Source: Bryobacterales bacterium (lineage in GTDB: Bacteria > Acidobacteriota > Terriglobia > Bryobacterales > Bryobacteraceae). Taken from it: a stretch of DNA of 64,000 bases. Within the stretch, counting starts at the first letter, position 1. Each line of letters starts with the position of its first letter. The position numbers were made by a program, and so were the translations under genes. A model generated the notes under the pieces. It had not been told where the DNA came from, did no database searches, and saw nothing but the letters and a program-made list of their open reading frames with translations. Where the stretch lies: NCBI GenBank assembly GCA_963761265.1, contig CAVXGM010000027.1, forward strand, positions 1,138 to 65,137, read 5' to 3'. Of the stretch, positions 39,025 to 50,225 are shown piece by piece.

Positions 39025-41084
39025 CGATCTGCTTCGTCGTGGGCTTCCCGGCCCCGTGCCCCGCGCGAGTCTCGATGCGAATCAGAATCGGCGCCGGACC
39101 CTCCTGCGCCTGCTGCAGCGTGGCCGCGTACTTCAGGCTATGGCCCGGCATCACGCGATCGTCGTGGTCGGACGTCGTGATCAGCGTAGGCGGATACTGC
39201 GTGCCCTTGCGGATGTTGTGCAGCGGCGAATAGGCGCGCAGCACTTTGAAATCCTCGGGATTCGCCGACGATCCATACTCGCCCACCCATTGCGTCCCGA
39301 ACCCGAAGTTCTGGAATCGCAGCATGTCCATCACGCCCACCGCGGGCATGGCGGCACCAAACAAATCCGGGCGTTGATTCAGCACGGCGCCAATCAGCAG
39401 CCCTCCGTTGCTCGCGCCGTAAATCGCCAGCTTCGGCGTGGAGGTGTATTTGTTCGCGATCAGCCATTCAGCCGCGGCGATGAAATCGTCGAACACGTTC
39501 TGCTTCTTCGCTCGCATCCCGGCTTGGTGCCAAGCCTCGCCGTATTCCCCTCCGCCGCGGATATTCGCCACCGCATAGATGCCGCCCATCTGCATCCATT
39601 CCACAATCCGGGGCCGAAAACCAGGCGTCTCCGAGATATCAAAACCTCCGTACGCGTAGAGCAGCGTCGGATTCTCCCCGTTCAGCTTCAGCCCTTTTTT
39701 GTAGCTCAGGAACATCGGGACACGCGTGCCGTCTTTGCTCGTATAGAAAATCTGCCGGGTCTCGTATTGCGACAGATCCACGGCAACTTTGCTCTGCCGG
39801 ATCACCGTGCTCTTCCCGGTGGTCAAATCCAGCCGGTAAACGCTCGGCGCAATGGTGAAGCCGTCGAACCTATAAAACATTTCCTTGTCGTGCAGCCGCG
39901 CGCCCGACCATTCGGCCGTCCCAAGGCCCGGCATTGCGATCTCCTCGGCTGGTCTTGCCATCTAGACTCACCAACCTGGCTGCCGAGTGCGCGTCCTTCA
40001 TATACGACAGCAACAGCTTGCCATCCGCCATTTGCGCGCTATCCAGCGTCTCGGCGCGCTGGGGAACGATCTCCTTCCAATTCGCACGCTCGGGATGTTC
40101 CATGTCCATCGCGATCACGCGCCAGCGCGGCGCGCCGTCATTGGTCTGCAGATACAACGTCGACCCAATCACGGCAATCGGAACGTAGCCATAATCGGCC
40201 GAAGGAGTGAGCATCACGGTGCGCGGATTGCCGGCCTGCAGGTCCCGATACGCCAGCAGATTCGTCCCGGGAACGCCACTCTCCATGTACAGCAGCAAAA
40301 AATGGCTGTCCTCCATCACGATCGGCGTGATGGTCCAGTTGGGATGGTCCGGCCGTTCGTAAATCAGCTGATCCGCCGACTGCGGATCGCCCAGCTTATG
40401 GAAGTAAACCTTCTGATTCAGCGCCGCCACAGTCAGCAGCTTCTCGGGCGGAGGCTCGGGGAACCGCGAATAGTAGAACCCTCGATCATCCGCGGCCCAT
40501 GAGACGCTGCTGCCCTTAGTCCACTGGATCAGGTCGGGCGAATCCTTGCCGGTGGCCACGTCGCGCACCCGCCACTCGGTCCAGTCCGAACCCGCTTGTG
40601 CCACGCCATAGGCGAAGAGCTTTCCGTTCCAGCTCTCCGATTCGCCAGCGAGCGCCGCCGTCCCATCCTTGCGGTAGGTGTTCGGATCCAGCAGCACGCG
40701 CGCGGGCCCGGTGAGCGAATCCGTCACGTACACCTCCGACTGATTCTGCAGCCCGGAATTATGGAAATAGAAATAATGATTCCCGGCTTTGTGGAAGCCG
40801 CCGAATTTCTCGTAATTCCACAGCTCGGTGAGCTGATTCTTGATGGCCTCGCGTCCGGGCAGCTTCGCCAGATAGCCGAAGGTGAGCGCGTTCTCCTGCT
40901 CGACAAATTTTTCGGTGGACGGCGAGTCGGCATTCTCCAACCCGCGATACGGATCGGCGATCTTGACGCCATGATAATCATCCACCTGATTGCTTTTCGG
41001 AGCAACCGGGTATTGGAGCTTGGTAACGTTGCCGGCGCCCAGAAACAGCGCGGCGCTCGCCAGGAGCAGCAGGATTGGTTTCAC
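38996..41084 (-). pseudogene. prolyl oligopeptidase (S9A), one frameshift
   Basis: Signal peptide, DDYHGVKIADPYRGLE, GASNGGLL, DHDDRV, AGHG. ORFs 39870..41084 and 38996..39961 join at ...LVSLDGK / PAEEIAMPG, at ~39953. Confidence 0.85.
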
Positions 41085-41324
41085 AACAGGCCTTTGTTTC
41101 TATTGTCGCAAAAGTTGCGCGAACAACTACGGGGCGCCCTGCCAGAAGGGACTTTTCGTCTGCTCGCCTTTTGGAGCCGCTGGCTGGACTGACGAATGGC
41201 TCGGCGGCCGGGCTTTCCGGCTGGCCGTAGAAAGCGTGGCGGGGAAGCGTGCGACTTGACGTCCGGCTCCTTGATTGGGCCCGATTACCAGGGCGATGCG
41301 TTTGTCTTGCCCTGTTGTCCTCCT

Positions 41325-42228
41325 TTACGTTGGGCGCCGGGCGGCGCTCGCGATCCGGTCTAGTTCGGCGACGGTTTCCCGTGGAAGTTCCAGTGTCGCG
41401 GCCGCGAGATTTTCGCGGAGATGGCCGATCGACGACGTGCCGGGAATGAGAAGAATGTTGGGGGCGCGCTGAAGCAGCCAGGCCAGCGCGACCTGCATCG
41501 GCGTCGCCTGCACGGATGCCGCAACCGCGTTGAGCTCTGCCGACTGCAGCGGCGAGAACCCTCCCAGCGGAAAGTAAGGCACGTAAGCAATTCCCTGGGC
41601 GGCCAGATCGTCGATAAATCGGTCGTCGCCGCGCTGGGCCACGTTGTAGAAGTTCTGAATGCAGACAATCTCCGTGATGGCCTGCGCCTCGGCCAGTTGG
41701 CGGGGAGAAACTGTGCTGAGACCGATATGCTGAACCAGACCCTGGTGCTTGAGCTCAGCGAGCGCGGAGAGCGGCTCTTCAAACGGCTCGTCTTCCGGAG
41801 CGGCAAATCCGCCGAGCCGGAGATTCACCACCTGGAGCGCATCGAGGCCCAGGTTCCGCAGATTGTCGTGTACGGCGTCGATGATCTCCTGGCGAGAGCG
41901 TGCGTGAAGCCAGGAACCATCGGCGCCCCGGCGCGCACCGACTTTGGTCACGATGACCAGATCATCGGGATAAGGATGCAGCGCCTGCTTAATGATCTGA
42001 TTGGTGACATGCGGACCGTAGAAATCGCTGGTATCGATGTGGTTCACGCCCGACGCAACAGCCTCGCGCAGAACCGCGATCGCGCCGGGAATATCGCGCG
42101 GCGGGCCCCACACTCGCTTGTCGCCATCCTGCCCGGCGAGTTGCATCGCCCCGTAACCCATGCGATTTACAGTCAGCGAAGTGCCCGCGAAGCGTAAAGC
42201 CGCCGCCGAGATTCGTCTTTTCTGTCAT
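41325..42228 (-). pseudogene. aldo/keto reductase, frameshift in the first ~20 codons
   Basis: AKR text from MGYGAMQLAG... The expected N-terminus MTEKTNLGGGFTLRG sits in ORF 41989..42228. The break is in the G-run at ~42180. Confidence 0.75.
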
Positions 42229-42268
42229 TTCGTTTCTCCCTGCTCTTCCTTACCACCACCTGCGCAAC

Positions 42269-43245
42269 TCAAAAAGACTCTCCGACCAGTTCCTCGCTCT
42301 TCTTCCAGAGCGCCTCGGCGTTATCAGGATCGAGCGCATATCCTCGCACTCCTTCACTGAGAGCGGTGATGGTGGTTTCATCCGGAACGATCTGGCCGAC
42401 CTGGCAGTTCGCGCAATACCGGCCGCCGATTTCGTCAGCCGGAGCAACCACAGCTGCCCACACCGAAGTCGCCGCTCCCTGCGGAATGGTCTTCCACTCG
42501 AAGGCTCTTTCCCTCCGCCGCCAGTTGCTGATTGATCTCGGTCGATCAGGTTCTGAAGCTGGCCGGCGTCCATGTGGCGGCCCAGTTCGGTCTGTATGGC
42601 TCCCGGATGGACGGCCGCGGCGCGCACGCCCCGGCCCCGGTGCCGCGGTCGAAGGCGACGGCGAAAAGGATGTTGGCCGTCTTCGACCGCCCGTAGGCAA
42701 CCATAGGGTCGTAGGGCGTCCTCTCGAAATTGGGATCTTCGAGGTCCACGTTGGCGATGCGATGACCCGGCGGACGACAGGTTGACCAGCCGTCCGCCCG
42801 TGCGAATCAGAGAGGCAATCCGGTTGACCAGGACAAAGTGGCCGAGGTGATTGGTGCCGAACTGCGTCTCAAAGCCGTCCACGGTATGGCCAAACGGCGT
42901 TGCCATCACTCCGGCATTGGCAATGACCACGTCAAACGGCTCCCCCTTGTCCATCAAGCGGTCGGCGCAGGCGCGGACGCTCTTCAGACTGGCCAGATCG
43001 AGCGCGACCAGCTCGAAGCTGCCACCATTCGCCGCGGCGTCCTTTCGCACCTGCGCGGTCGCGGCTTCGGCTTTCTCGAGGTCCCTCGCTGCTCCTGTCA
43101 CCTGCGCGCCGTGGGCCGCAAGAGCCCGCGCCGTCTCAACGCCGATGCCCGCGGACACGCCGGTGACGAGAACGCGTTTTCCATGCAAATCGATCCCCGA
43201 CAGAACATCGTCTGTAGTTGAAGTTGCTCCCCATACCTTCGTCAT
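42269..43245 (-). pseudogene. short-chain dehydrogenase/reductase, about 3 frameshifts
   Basis: VLVTGVSAGIG Rossmann motif. The ATG at 43245 follows AGGAGAG. The text switches frame at ~42770, ~42640 and ~42530 (YGRSK catalytic block in ORF 42546..42749, C-terminus in ORF 42269..42700). Confidence 0.75.
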
Positions 43246-43272
43246 TTCTCTCTCCTTCTGCTGCACATCACT

Positions 43273-44185
43273 TCAGGCTTCGCTCCAGCGCATCTGTTCG
43301 AGATCGGCAATCAGTCCGGGCCCGGTTGGACGCCATCCGAGCCGTTGCCGGGTCTGTGCGCTGGAAGCCGGCATGTCGAAGCCCGCGAACATCGCCAGCC
43401 AGCCAAAATGAGCCTGCGCTTCCTCCTGAGAGAGGCTGACCACGGGCACCTTCAAGCCTCGGCCAATGACTTCAGCGATCTCCCGCATCGATACTCCCTC
43501 TTCAGCCACCGCGTTGTACCTGCTGCCCGCTTCGCTGCTTCTCCAGCGCAAGCCTGTAGAGACGGGCAACATCGAGAACATGCGCCGCCGGCCAGCGATT
43601 GAGTCCTTCGCCAATGTACGCCGAGGCTCCCTTTTCACGGGCCACTTGGACCGCGTAGGTGATGAGGCCCTGCTTGACCGTGTCGTGGACCTGAGGAAGA
43701 CGCACCACCGACACGTTCACACCGCGCTCCGCCACGGCAGCCCCGGCGACTTCCGACGCTTTGCGCGGATTCGGGTGGTTGGGATCGAAGTGGTCTTCGG
43801 TTGCGGGTTGACCTGGAACAGCGTTCCCCATTCCGGTTCCGGAGGTGATCACCAGGGGGCGGTCCGATCCCCGGAGCGCGTCTCCGAGAGCTTCGATGGC
43901 GCGCCTGTCCTTTTCACAGACCTCCACGAACTTCGAGAAGTCGTTTCCGAATGCGCTGTGATCGAAAGCGCAGTGAATCACCGCCATCCGATTGGGCCGC
44001 CCCGCTGCGCAGAGTTTCCAGGTCTTCAAGATTTCCTCGATGCACCTCGGCTCCCGCGGCCATGAGAGCACTGGGCGCCGGCGTCGGACCGCGTCAGTCC
44101 GAGCACCTGATGACCCGCGTTGATGAGCTCCGGAACGATGGCGGATCCGATAAAGCCCGTAGCTCCTGTAAGAAATACACGCATG
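43273..44185 (-). pseudogene. NAD(P)-binding NmrA/atypical-SDR-like protein, about 3 frameshifts
   Basis: [17 protein letters not shown] from the ATG at 44185. The text continues in other frames at ~44075, ~43985 and ~43530. Confidence 0.7.
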
Positions 44186-44258
44186 TTGTTTTCTCCTTCC
44201 GCTCCGTTGCGTGGCGAATCCGTAACCGCGAATTGACGAATGGTTACGCGCCTGCTAA

Positions 44259-44307
44259 AACGGAGTTAGTCTCCGTATCTGTAGATTAACGGAGACTATC
44301 TCCGGTT
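44259..44307. promoter_or_regulatory. two palindromic operator-like sites in the divergent SDR/TetR intergenic region
   Basis: AACGGAGTTAGTCTCCGT (44259-44276) and AACGGAGACTATCTCCGGTT (44288-44307). Both are built on ACGGAG-N4/5-CTCCG. Confidence 0.4.
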
Positions 44308-44324
44308 GCAAGTTTTTTTCGGAC

Positions 44325-44910
44325 ATGCCCACGAAACGTAAACAGGCTTCCGTTCGCAAGCCGCGCAGTGACGCGCAGCGGAATCGCGAACGCATTCTGG
44401 AAGTGGCGAAGGAGGCGTTTACCCGCTCCGGCGCAAACGCCAGCCTGGACGACATCGCCAGAGAGGCAGGCGTCGGGACCGGGAACGTTGTACCGTCACT
44501 TTCCCACGCGCGAAGAACTTCTGGAGGCGGTTTATCGGACTGAGATGGAAAAGCTGGCCGCGGCGGAACAGAAGTTCGCCGAAGAATTGCCGCCGATCGA
44601 GGCGCTGCGGGCCTGGTTATTGTTGTTTGTCGACTACATCGCCGCGAAGCAGCTCATCGCCCCCGCACTCAACGCGCTGGTGGGAGATCCGAAGAAGGTG
44701 TTCGAGGCTTCCTACGCCCGCATCTGGGAAGCGATTCGCGCACTGGTGAAGCGCGCGATCAAAAGCGGCGACATCCGTAAGGACCTCGATCCGATCGACC
44801 TGCTGCGGGCGCTGATCGGCGTCGCCAACGTGGCCACCAGCCCGGACTGGCAGCAGAGCGCCAGAAGACTCGTCGACATCCTCATCACCGGTTCACGCCC
44901 AGCCAAATAG
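44325..44910 (+). pseudogene. TetR-family transcriptional regulator, one frameshift
   Basis: HTH text SLDDIAREAGVGTG / TLYRHFPTREEL is restored by removing one A at ~44483. This joins ORFs 44325..44543 and 44368..44910. Confidence 0.8.
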
Positions 44911-44946
44911 GCCCGAGCCTCGTTCTCGACAGGGAGCGCTTTCAGA

Positions 44947-47613
44947 CTATTCATGGCGAAGAGCGGCCATCGGATCGGTTCGCGCCGCTCTCCATGCCGG
45001 CACACCCGCGGCGAGGAGCACCGAGGCCAGCACCAGCACAGACGCCGCCGCAAAGGAGACCACGTCTGTCGCACTGACCCCGTAGAGCAGGCTCGAGAAC
45101 AGCCGCGTCAGGGCGTAGGATGCGCCGATTCCGAGAGCGGCCCCTACCGTCCCCAGCCGCAGCCCCCGTCCCAGGAAACGGCGGACGACATCGCGCCGTG
45201 TGGCTCCGAGCGCCAGCCGAATGCCGATTTCGTGCGTGCTTTGCTTCGCCGCGTAGGAAACCACGCCGTAGAGTCCCATGGCGGACAGTCCCATGGCGGC
45301 CACGCCCAGAACCAGCAGTATGCGGGCCGTAACCTCGAAAACTCCCAGCGCCGCGCTGGTCTGGTCGCTCAGAGTCTTGGCATCCAGAACGGGCAGATCG
45401 GGGTCCAGCTTATGTACTTCGCCGCGTGCCTGGTCCAGCATCGCGAGAGACCCCGCGGAACCACGTACGTGCAGGATCATGCTCGCCCGGGGCGACTGGA
45501 GAAACGGCAGATAGACGTATGGCCGCGGATCCTCGTTGATGCGGGCGTACTTGACGTCGCGTGCGACGCCGATGATGGTCCGCCATTCGCCCGGACCGGC
45601 GCGGAGACGCTTGCCGATCGCGTTTTGTGGGCTTCCCCAGAAGCGCCGGGCCAACGTATCGTTGACGATTACGACCTGCTGCGCCGCGCGGTCGTCGTGG
45701 CGCGCGAACTCGCGGCCGGCCTCCATCCCGATCCGCAGCGTCCCGAAGTAATCGTCCGTGACCACGTTGTAGAGGAATGCCAAGTCCTCGTCGCGACGAG
45801 GGTGATAGCCTTCGACGACCACTTTCTGGTTTGCCGAGTCGACCATCGTCATCGGAATTACGGCTGCCAGACTAGCCGACTCGGTCCCTTCGCTGCGACG
45901 CACGTTGTCGAGAAGTTGCTGATAGAATCTTTGGCCGCGCGTCTCGTCGTAGCCGTTCGGCTGGAGATCCACCGTGATCGAAATCACGTTGCGGGCATCG
46001 AAACCGGGATTCGCGTGGCGTGCCGCGTCCAAGCTTCGCGCCACCAGGCCGGCCCCCACCAGGAGCAACAAGGAGACGGCCACCTGCGAGACCACCAGCG
46101 CTTCCCGGAAACGCCCTTTCCCGGCGCCTCGTGCGGCCATGTCGTCCTTTATGACGGAAACCAGGTTGGCCCGTGAACTGCGCAGCGCCGGGAGGAGACC
46201 GAAGACCAGGGCGCTGGCAAACGCCGCCGCCACTGCGAAACTGATCACCAGCCAGTCCACGGACGTGTCGAAAAACATGCGCGCGGGTGCGCTTGCAGCC
46301 GCTTTGGAGCTCATCAAGGGCCCCGCGTAGCACGCCAGCAAGAGACCCGCCGCGGCGCCCAGCGCGCCCAGCATCAAGTTCTCGATCAGCAGCAAGCGAA
46401 GGATCCTGGCGCGGCTGGCGCCCAGCGCAAGGCGCAGGGCAATCTCGACGCGGCGGCCTACGCCGCGCACTAGTAACAGACCAGCCACATTCGCACAGAC
46501 GATCAAGAGCAGCAGCGCCCCCATGGCGCCGGCGGCGATGACCGCGGGCAGCATGTAGGTTTGCGCGCCCCACGGGGACCGCCAGATCGGCAGCACGGTC
46601 ATCTGCTGGCTGAAGTCCTGGACCGGAGCATCTTTTGCGAGCTGCTTCGATAGCACCGCCGTCTGCACCGAAGCCATCGCCAGTGTCACTCCAGGCCGGA
46701 GCCGGCCGTACGCGATCATCAGCGGTGTTTTTCGGTCATGCAGTAATTCTTCAGGCTGAGTCCGAAACGCGATGCCGAGCTCGGGAGCCATCATGATGGG
46801 GACAAAGATTTCACCATCGAAACTGACCACCGAGCCGTGGAAGGTTGCATCGGCGACACCCACAACCGTCATCGGATAGCCATTCAGGTGGACCGTCTTG
46901 CCGGCGATGTTCGGATCGCCGCCAAAGGCCCGCCGCCAGAGACCATCGCTTAACACCACCACCGGATGCTTTCCCGGAGCCACTTCGTCGGACGGCAGGA
47001 TGGTGCGTCCCAACTGCGCACGCACGCCGAAGAGCTGAAAATAGTTGCCGGTCACCAGTTCGCCCCAGACACGCTCTGCGCCGCGGCCCAGCCCCAGGCT
47101 CAATGGCGCCGGGCACGATCCGGAGAGACCGGCGAACGCCGAGTCGCGCCGGCGGATGTATTGGTAGTCGGGATAGGACATACCTAGCAGCCGCCCGCCA
47201 CTGGTCTTCGCCATGACGACACCGAGTTGCCCGGAGCCCTCCACGCCCGCCAGGGGTTTGAGCGCGAGACTCTTGAAGAGCGTGAACACCATCGTATTCA
47301 TGCCGATTCCAACGGCCAGCACGGCGATCGCAATCAGGGAAAACGCCGGACTTTTGGCCAGCACGCGAGCCGCGTGGCGCGCGTCTTTCCCAAGGTCGCC
47401 GGCCGCGCCGATCCAGCGGGAACTCCATACTCGCCGCCCTTCCTCAATCCGAAGCGTCACATTGCCAAATTCCTTCAGCGCCGCGTAACGGGCGGTTTTC
47501 GGATCCGCTCCTTCCGCGATGCGGTCCTGCGCGGCCATCGCCAAATGGCTCTGAATCTCATCGGCAACGTCCTGATCGATCTTCTTCTGCCTCATCCAAT
47601 CGAATAAAGCCAT
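44947..47613 (-). CDS. duplicated MacB/FtsX-type ABC permease (ADOP family)
   Basis: 888 aa. Two MacB-periplasmic-domain + FtsX 4-TM halves. N-terminus MALFDWMRQKKIDQDVADEIQSHL is typical of acidobacterial orphan permeases. Lies immediately downstream of PadR. Confidence 0.85.
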   Translation of the reverse strand: MALFDWMRQKKIDQDVADEIQSHLAMAAQDRIAEGADPKTARYAALKEFGNVTLRIEEGRRVWSSRWIGAAGDLGKDARHAARVLAKSPAFSLIAIAVLAVGIGMNTMVFTLFKSLALKPLAGVEGSGQLGVVMAKTSGGRLLGMSYPDYQYIRRRDSAFAGLSGSCPAPLSLGLGRGAERVWGELVTGNYFQLFGVRAQLGRTILPSDEVAPGKHPVVVLSDGLWRRAFGGDPNIAGKTVHLNGYPMTVVGVADATFHGSVVSFDGEIFVPIMMAPELGIAFRTQPEELLHDRKTPLMIAYGRLRPGVTLAMASVQTAVLSKQLAKDAPVQDFSQQMTVLPIWRSPWGAQTYMLPAVIAAGAMGALLLLIVCANVAGLLLVRGVGRRVEIALRLALGASRARILRLLLIENLMLGALGAAAGLLLACYAGPLMSSKAAASAPARMFFDTSVDWLVISFAVAAAFASALVFGLLPALRSSRANLVSVIKDDMAARGAGKGRFREALVVSQVAVSLLLLVGAGLVARSLDAARHANPGFDARNVISITVDLQPNGYDETRGQRFYQQLLDNVRRSEGTESASLAAVIPMTMVDSANQKVVVEGYHPRRDEDLAFLYNVVTDDYFGTLRIGMEAGREFARHDDRAAQQVVIVNDTLARRFWGSPQNAIGKRLRAGPGEWRTIIGVARDVKYARINEDPRPYVYLPFLQSPRASMILHVRGSAGSLAMLDQARGEVHKLDPDLPVLDAKTLSDQTSAALGVFEVTARILLVLGVAAMGLSAMGLYGVVSYAAKQSTHEIGIRLALGATRRDVVRRFLGRGLRLGTVGAALGIGASYALTRLFSSLLYGVSATDVVSFAAASVLVLASVLLAAGVPAWRAARTDPMAALRHE

Positions 47614-47617
47614 CGTG

Positions 47618-47989
47618 TCAGCCCTTCTTTCCGGCAGGAGGAACCGCGGGATTCAACACCCGGCCAATTGCGGCCACCAGTTCACCCCACCGGGACTGTT
47701 CCCGCAACAGCTGCTTCTTGCCCAGCGGCGTCAGCCGGTAGAACTTAGCGCGCTGGTTGGCTTCCGTCTGGTCCCACTTGGCCGTCACCCACCCGCGCTT
47801 CGCCAGCCGCTGCAGCGCCGGATACAGCGAGCCGGCCTCGACATGCAGCACTTCCGTCGATTGGGCGCGGATGGTTTGGCCGATGGCGTAGCCATGCTGG
47901 GGGCCCCATTGCAAGGTGCGGAGAATCAGCATGTCGAGCGTACCCTGCAAAAGGTCAATGCGCGTTTCGGTGCGGGCGGTCCGGCTCAT
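47618..47989 (-). CDS. PadR-family transcriptional regulator
   Basis: LILRTL..GP.HGYAI...I.......L.V..GSLYPALQRL...GWV text. Confidence 0.85.
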   Translation of the reverse strand: MSRTARTETRIDLLQGTLDMLILRTLQWGPQHGYAIGQTIRAQSTEVLHVEAGSLYPALQRLAKRGWVTAKWDQTEANQRAKFYRLTPLGKKQLLREQSRWGELVAAIGRVLNPAVPPAGKKG

Positions 47990-48000
47990 GATATAGACAC

Positions 48001-48020
48001 TCTATAGCCAATGCTATAGA
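48001..48020. promoter_or_regulatory. perfect inverted repeat upstream of PadR (operator/promoter candidate)
   Basis: TCTATAG-ccaatg-CTATAGA, 12 nt upstream of the PadR start. AT-rich, -10-like. Confidence 0.35.
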
Positions 48021-48304
48021 ATGTCAATAGCCTTGCGGGAGAACGAATTCGCTTTGAGAAAGCAGCGTTTGTGGAGCGTCAATTCCACCGCCAGCGGTCC
48101 GAGGCAGGAAACAAAGCCGCCGTGACGCGCATACTTCGCGGGGTCCCAAACTTTGGGTCATTGATGAAGCGATGCAACCGGCCGGTTCGCGGGGGCGAAG
48201 AATTGGTGGCCCACTGGTTTCGGAACGGTTCCGTTTCGAATGGCGCCGAAGTTCAGACGATTTGCAGCGGACCGGCCCCCAATCGCGAGGCCTTCTGTTT
48301 CGGC

Positions 48305-48544
48305 CTAAGGCTCCACGCGCAAGCGATGTCCTACGCCCGGTTCGGTGAAGATGCGCGCGGGACGCGCGGGATTGGGCTCCAGCTTCGCACGGAGACTGGT
48401 GAATGTGGTTCGCAACAGTTGGAGTGCCGCATCCTCGGATAGAGTGCTCCCAACTTCCCGCGCCAGGCGGCGTTCCGCAACCAGCTTGCCGGCATTGAGG
48501 ACCGGTCGCCGATTTGAACGGCGCGAATGCATAGCCGCTTTCAC
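48305..48544 (-). pseudogene. remnant of an OmpR-type winged-helix (trans_reg_C) domain, receiver domain absent
   Basis: C-terminal SLRAKLEPNPARPARIFTEPGVGHRLRV matches the ..LR.KLE.....P..I.TVRGVGY.. block. The upstream part is shortened and there is no REC domain. Confidence 0.35.
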
Positions 48545-48653
48545 CGACCTTCAGGAGAATGGCACAGCAAGAACCACAATAGGAACTCTTTAACACAACT
48601 TTCACCGAACCCGAAGTCCTTCGATCTCGTCTGAGTAGCTGTAAGGAGATTCC

Positions 48654-48983
48654 ATGAACGTGAAATCACTTCTGATCGTTGGAGCGATGGCTCTTTCGAG
48701 CGCGGCACTCGCTTCAGCCAAAACATACGAGATCACCCTTCTCGCACCCGCCAAAGCCGGAGCCGTCGAACTGCAACCCGGACAATACAAGGTAAAGATC
48801 GACGGCGCTCAGGCCGTTTTCACCGACGCGCACAACAAGTCGTTCAGCGTTCCCGCCACGGTTGAGAACGCTGACAAGAAGTTCGGCTACACGTTGGTTG
48901 AAACCGCCAATCAAGACGGCGCGAATACCATCCAAGCGATCGATATAGGCGATTCCAAGACTCGCGTGAAGCTGGGGCAGTAG
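48654..48983 (+). CDS. small secreted hypothetical protein
   Basis: Signal peptide MNVKSLLIVGAMALSSAALASA, then 87 aa of beta-rich text. Confidence 0.55.
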   Translation: MNVKSLLIVGAMALSSAALASAKTYEITLLAPAKAGAVELQPGQYKVKIDGAQAVFTDAHNKSFSVPATVENADKKFGYTLVETANQDGANTIQAIDIGDSKTRVKLGQ

Positions 48984-49730
48984 TCACCCCTGTTCTTGGT
49001 GGTTGGCGACCGACGGAATCGCGGTGTCGCTCTGATGCTCCAACCCAACCTCCCTACTAAGGCCAACAGGAATCCGATTGCGAAGAGAGGGCCAGCAATT
49101 TGCGACGGCAGGAAGATCAGAATACCAGCGACACAAAGGATGACCCAGATCGGCAACGCGGCCCGGGTGAACATCCATCTAGACATTCGCCTGATTCCCT
49201 TACAAGCCATCCGATTCCCATGGCAACGAATGTCACCGACCACACAAGGGCTGCTAACAAGACCACCCCAAGAACAATTCCCAACGCGATGGTTAGCACC
49301 ACGGGGTCTCCCAGTAACCAGTCTGGACGTTCTTTCTACATCGTTAGCGGTTCAAGGGCCGAAAGCGGCCATTCCCTCATATCACGGCTTCTTCTCTTCG
49401 GGAGCGGGTGAGGAACTCTTTCGGTAACCGATGAGATACTGCTCCAATTGCGCGCTGGTGTAGGTGCCACTTAGCTTCACAACGCAGTAGCGAAGAGCAA
49501 ACGGGATGGGAATAAGAATATTCTCGGTGTCAGCATAGTGTGTTTCGTCGCAGCGCGGAAGTGGCGGTGGCGGCCGCACTTACTCCATTCCTCGATCCCG
49601 GCGGTTGTCCATGGCGTTTGGTGGTGGTCCCGCCCTGCAGGACTTAGATCGCGGCATTGAGTCTGTCTCGCTCTGCAATTAGTGTTCTGTAGGCATCCAG
49701 GAAATAGTATCAAGTACGGCAAATGCTACA

Positions 49731-50003
49731 ATGGAATTAATGCAACACCACCACCATGCCGATATCAATGATTCCTTTCACTGTAAACGTTCCCAATCGG
49801 GTGAAGTAGTCCACGTGTATAACTCCAATAATTACCTTATGGCGGAGTACACGGTTCGGACCGGACGCACGTCCTGGCAACGAGTCGCTGCACTTACGCA
49901 GAGAGAATCGGTGGAGAAGTGGTTGCGGATCAATTATCCGGTTGCCAACGCGCCTAAAACAGCAGCAGTTGAGAAAGTGAAAGCAAGAGCAGCGAGACAG
50001 TAG
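49731..50003 (+). CDS. hypothetical protein in the low-GC patch
   Basis: ORF only. Local GC is 38-47% in the two 60-nt lines counted. Confidence 0.3.
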   Translation: MELMQHHHHADINDSFHCKRSQSGEVVHVYNSNNYLMAEYTVRTGRTSWQRVAALTQRESVEKWLRINYPVANAPKTAAVEKVKARAARQ

Positions 50004-50225
50004 CTCCAAGCTAGGTGGCCTGTAGAAGTCCGAGCTGTACTCGCTATTGTGCGACACCATCCCAATGCCAATGGATTGGCGGGCCGTGGCAGTCTCTGCG
50101 ACAACCGGTTGGCGTTATCTTCGCGGCCATGTGGGGGCAGTGGGCTCACCGCCCCCGAAATTCTCCCAGCTCTACCACCCTCCTTTGATTGAATGGAAGT
50201 GATCAAGATTCGTGTCATCGGAGGT

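Noticed and set aside
48984-49302. Two overlapping hydrophobic mini-ORFs (48911..49243 and 49117..49302, minus strand) as separate genes
   Set aside because: They look like one small membrane protein split by a frame change, and the reading runs into the convergent gene at 48654..48983. Too uncertain to annotate as a feature, so it is mentioned only in the low-GC patch finding.
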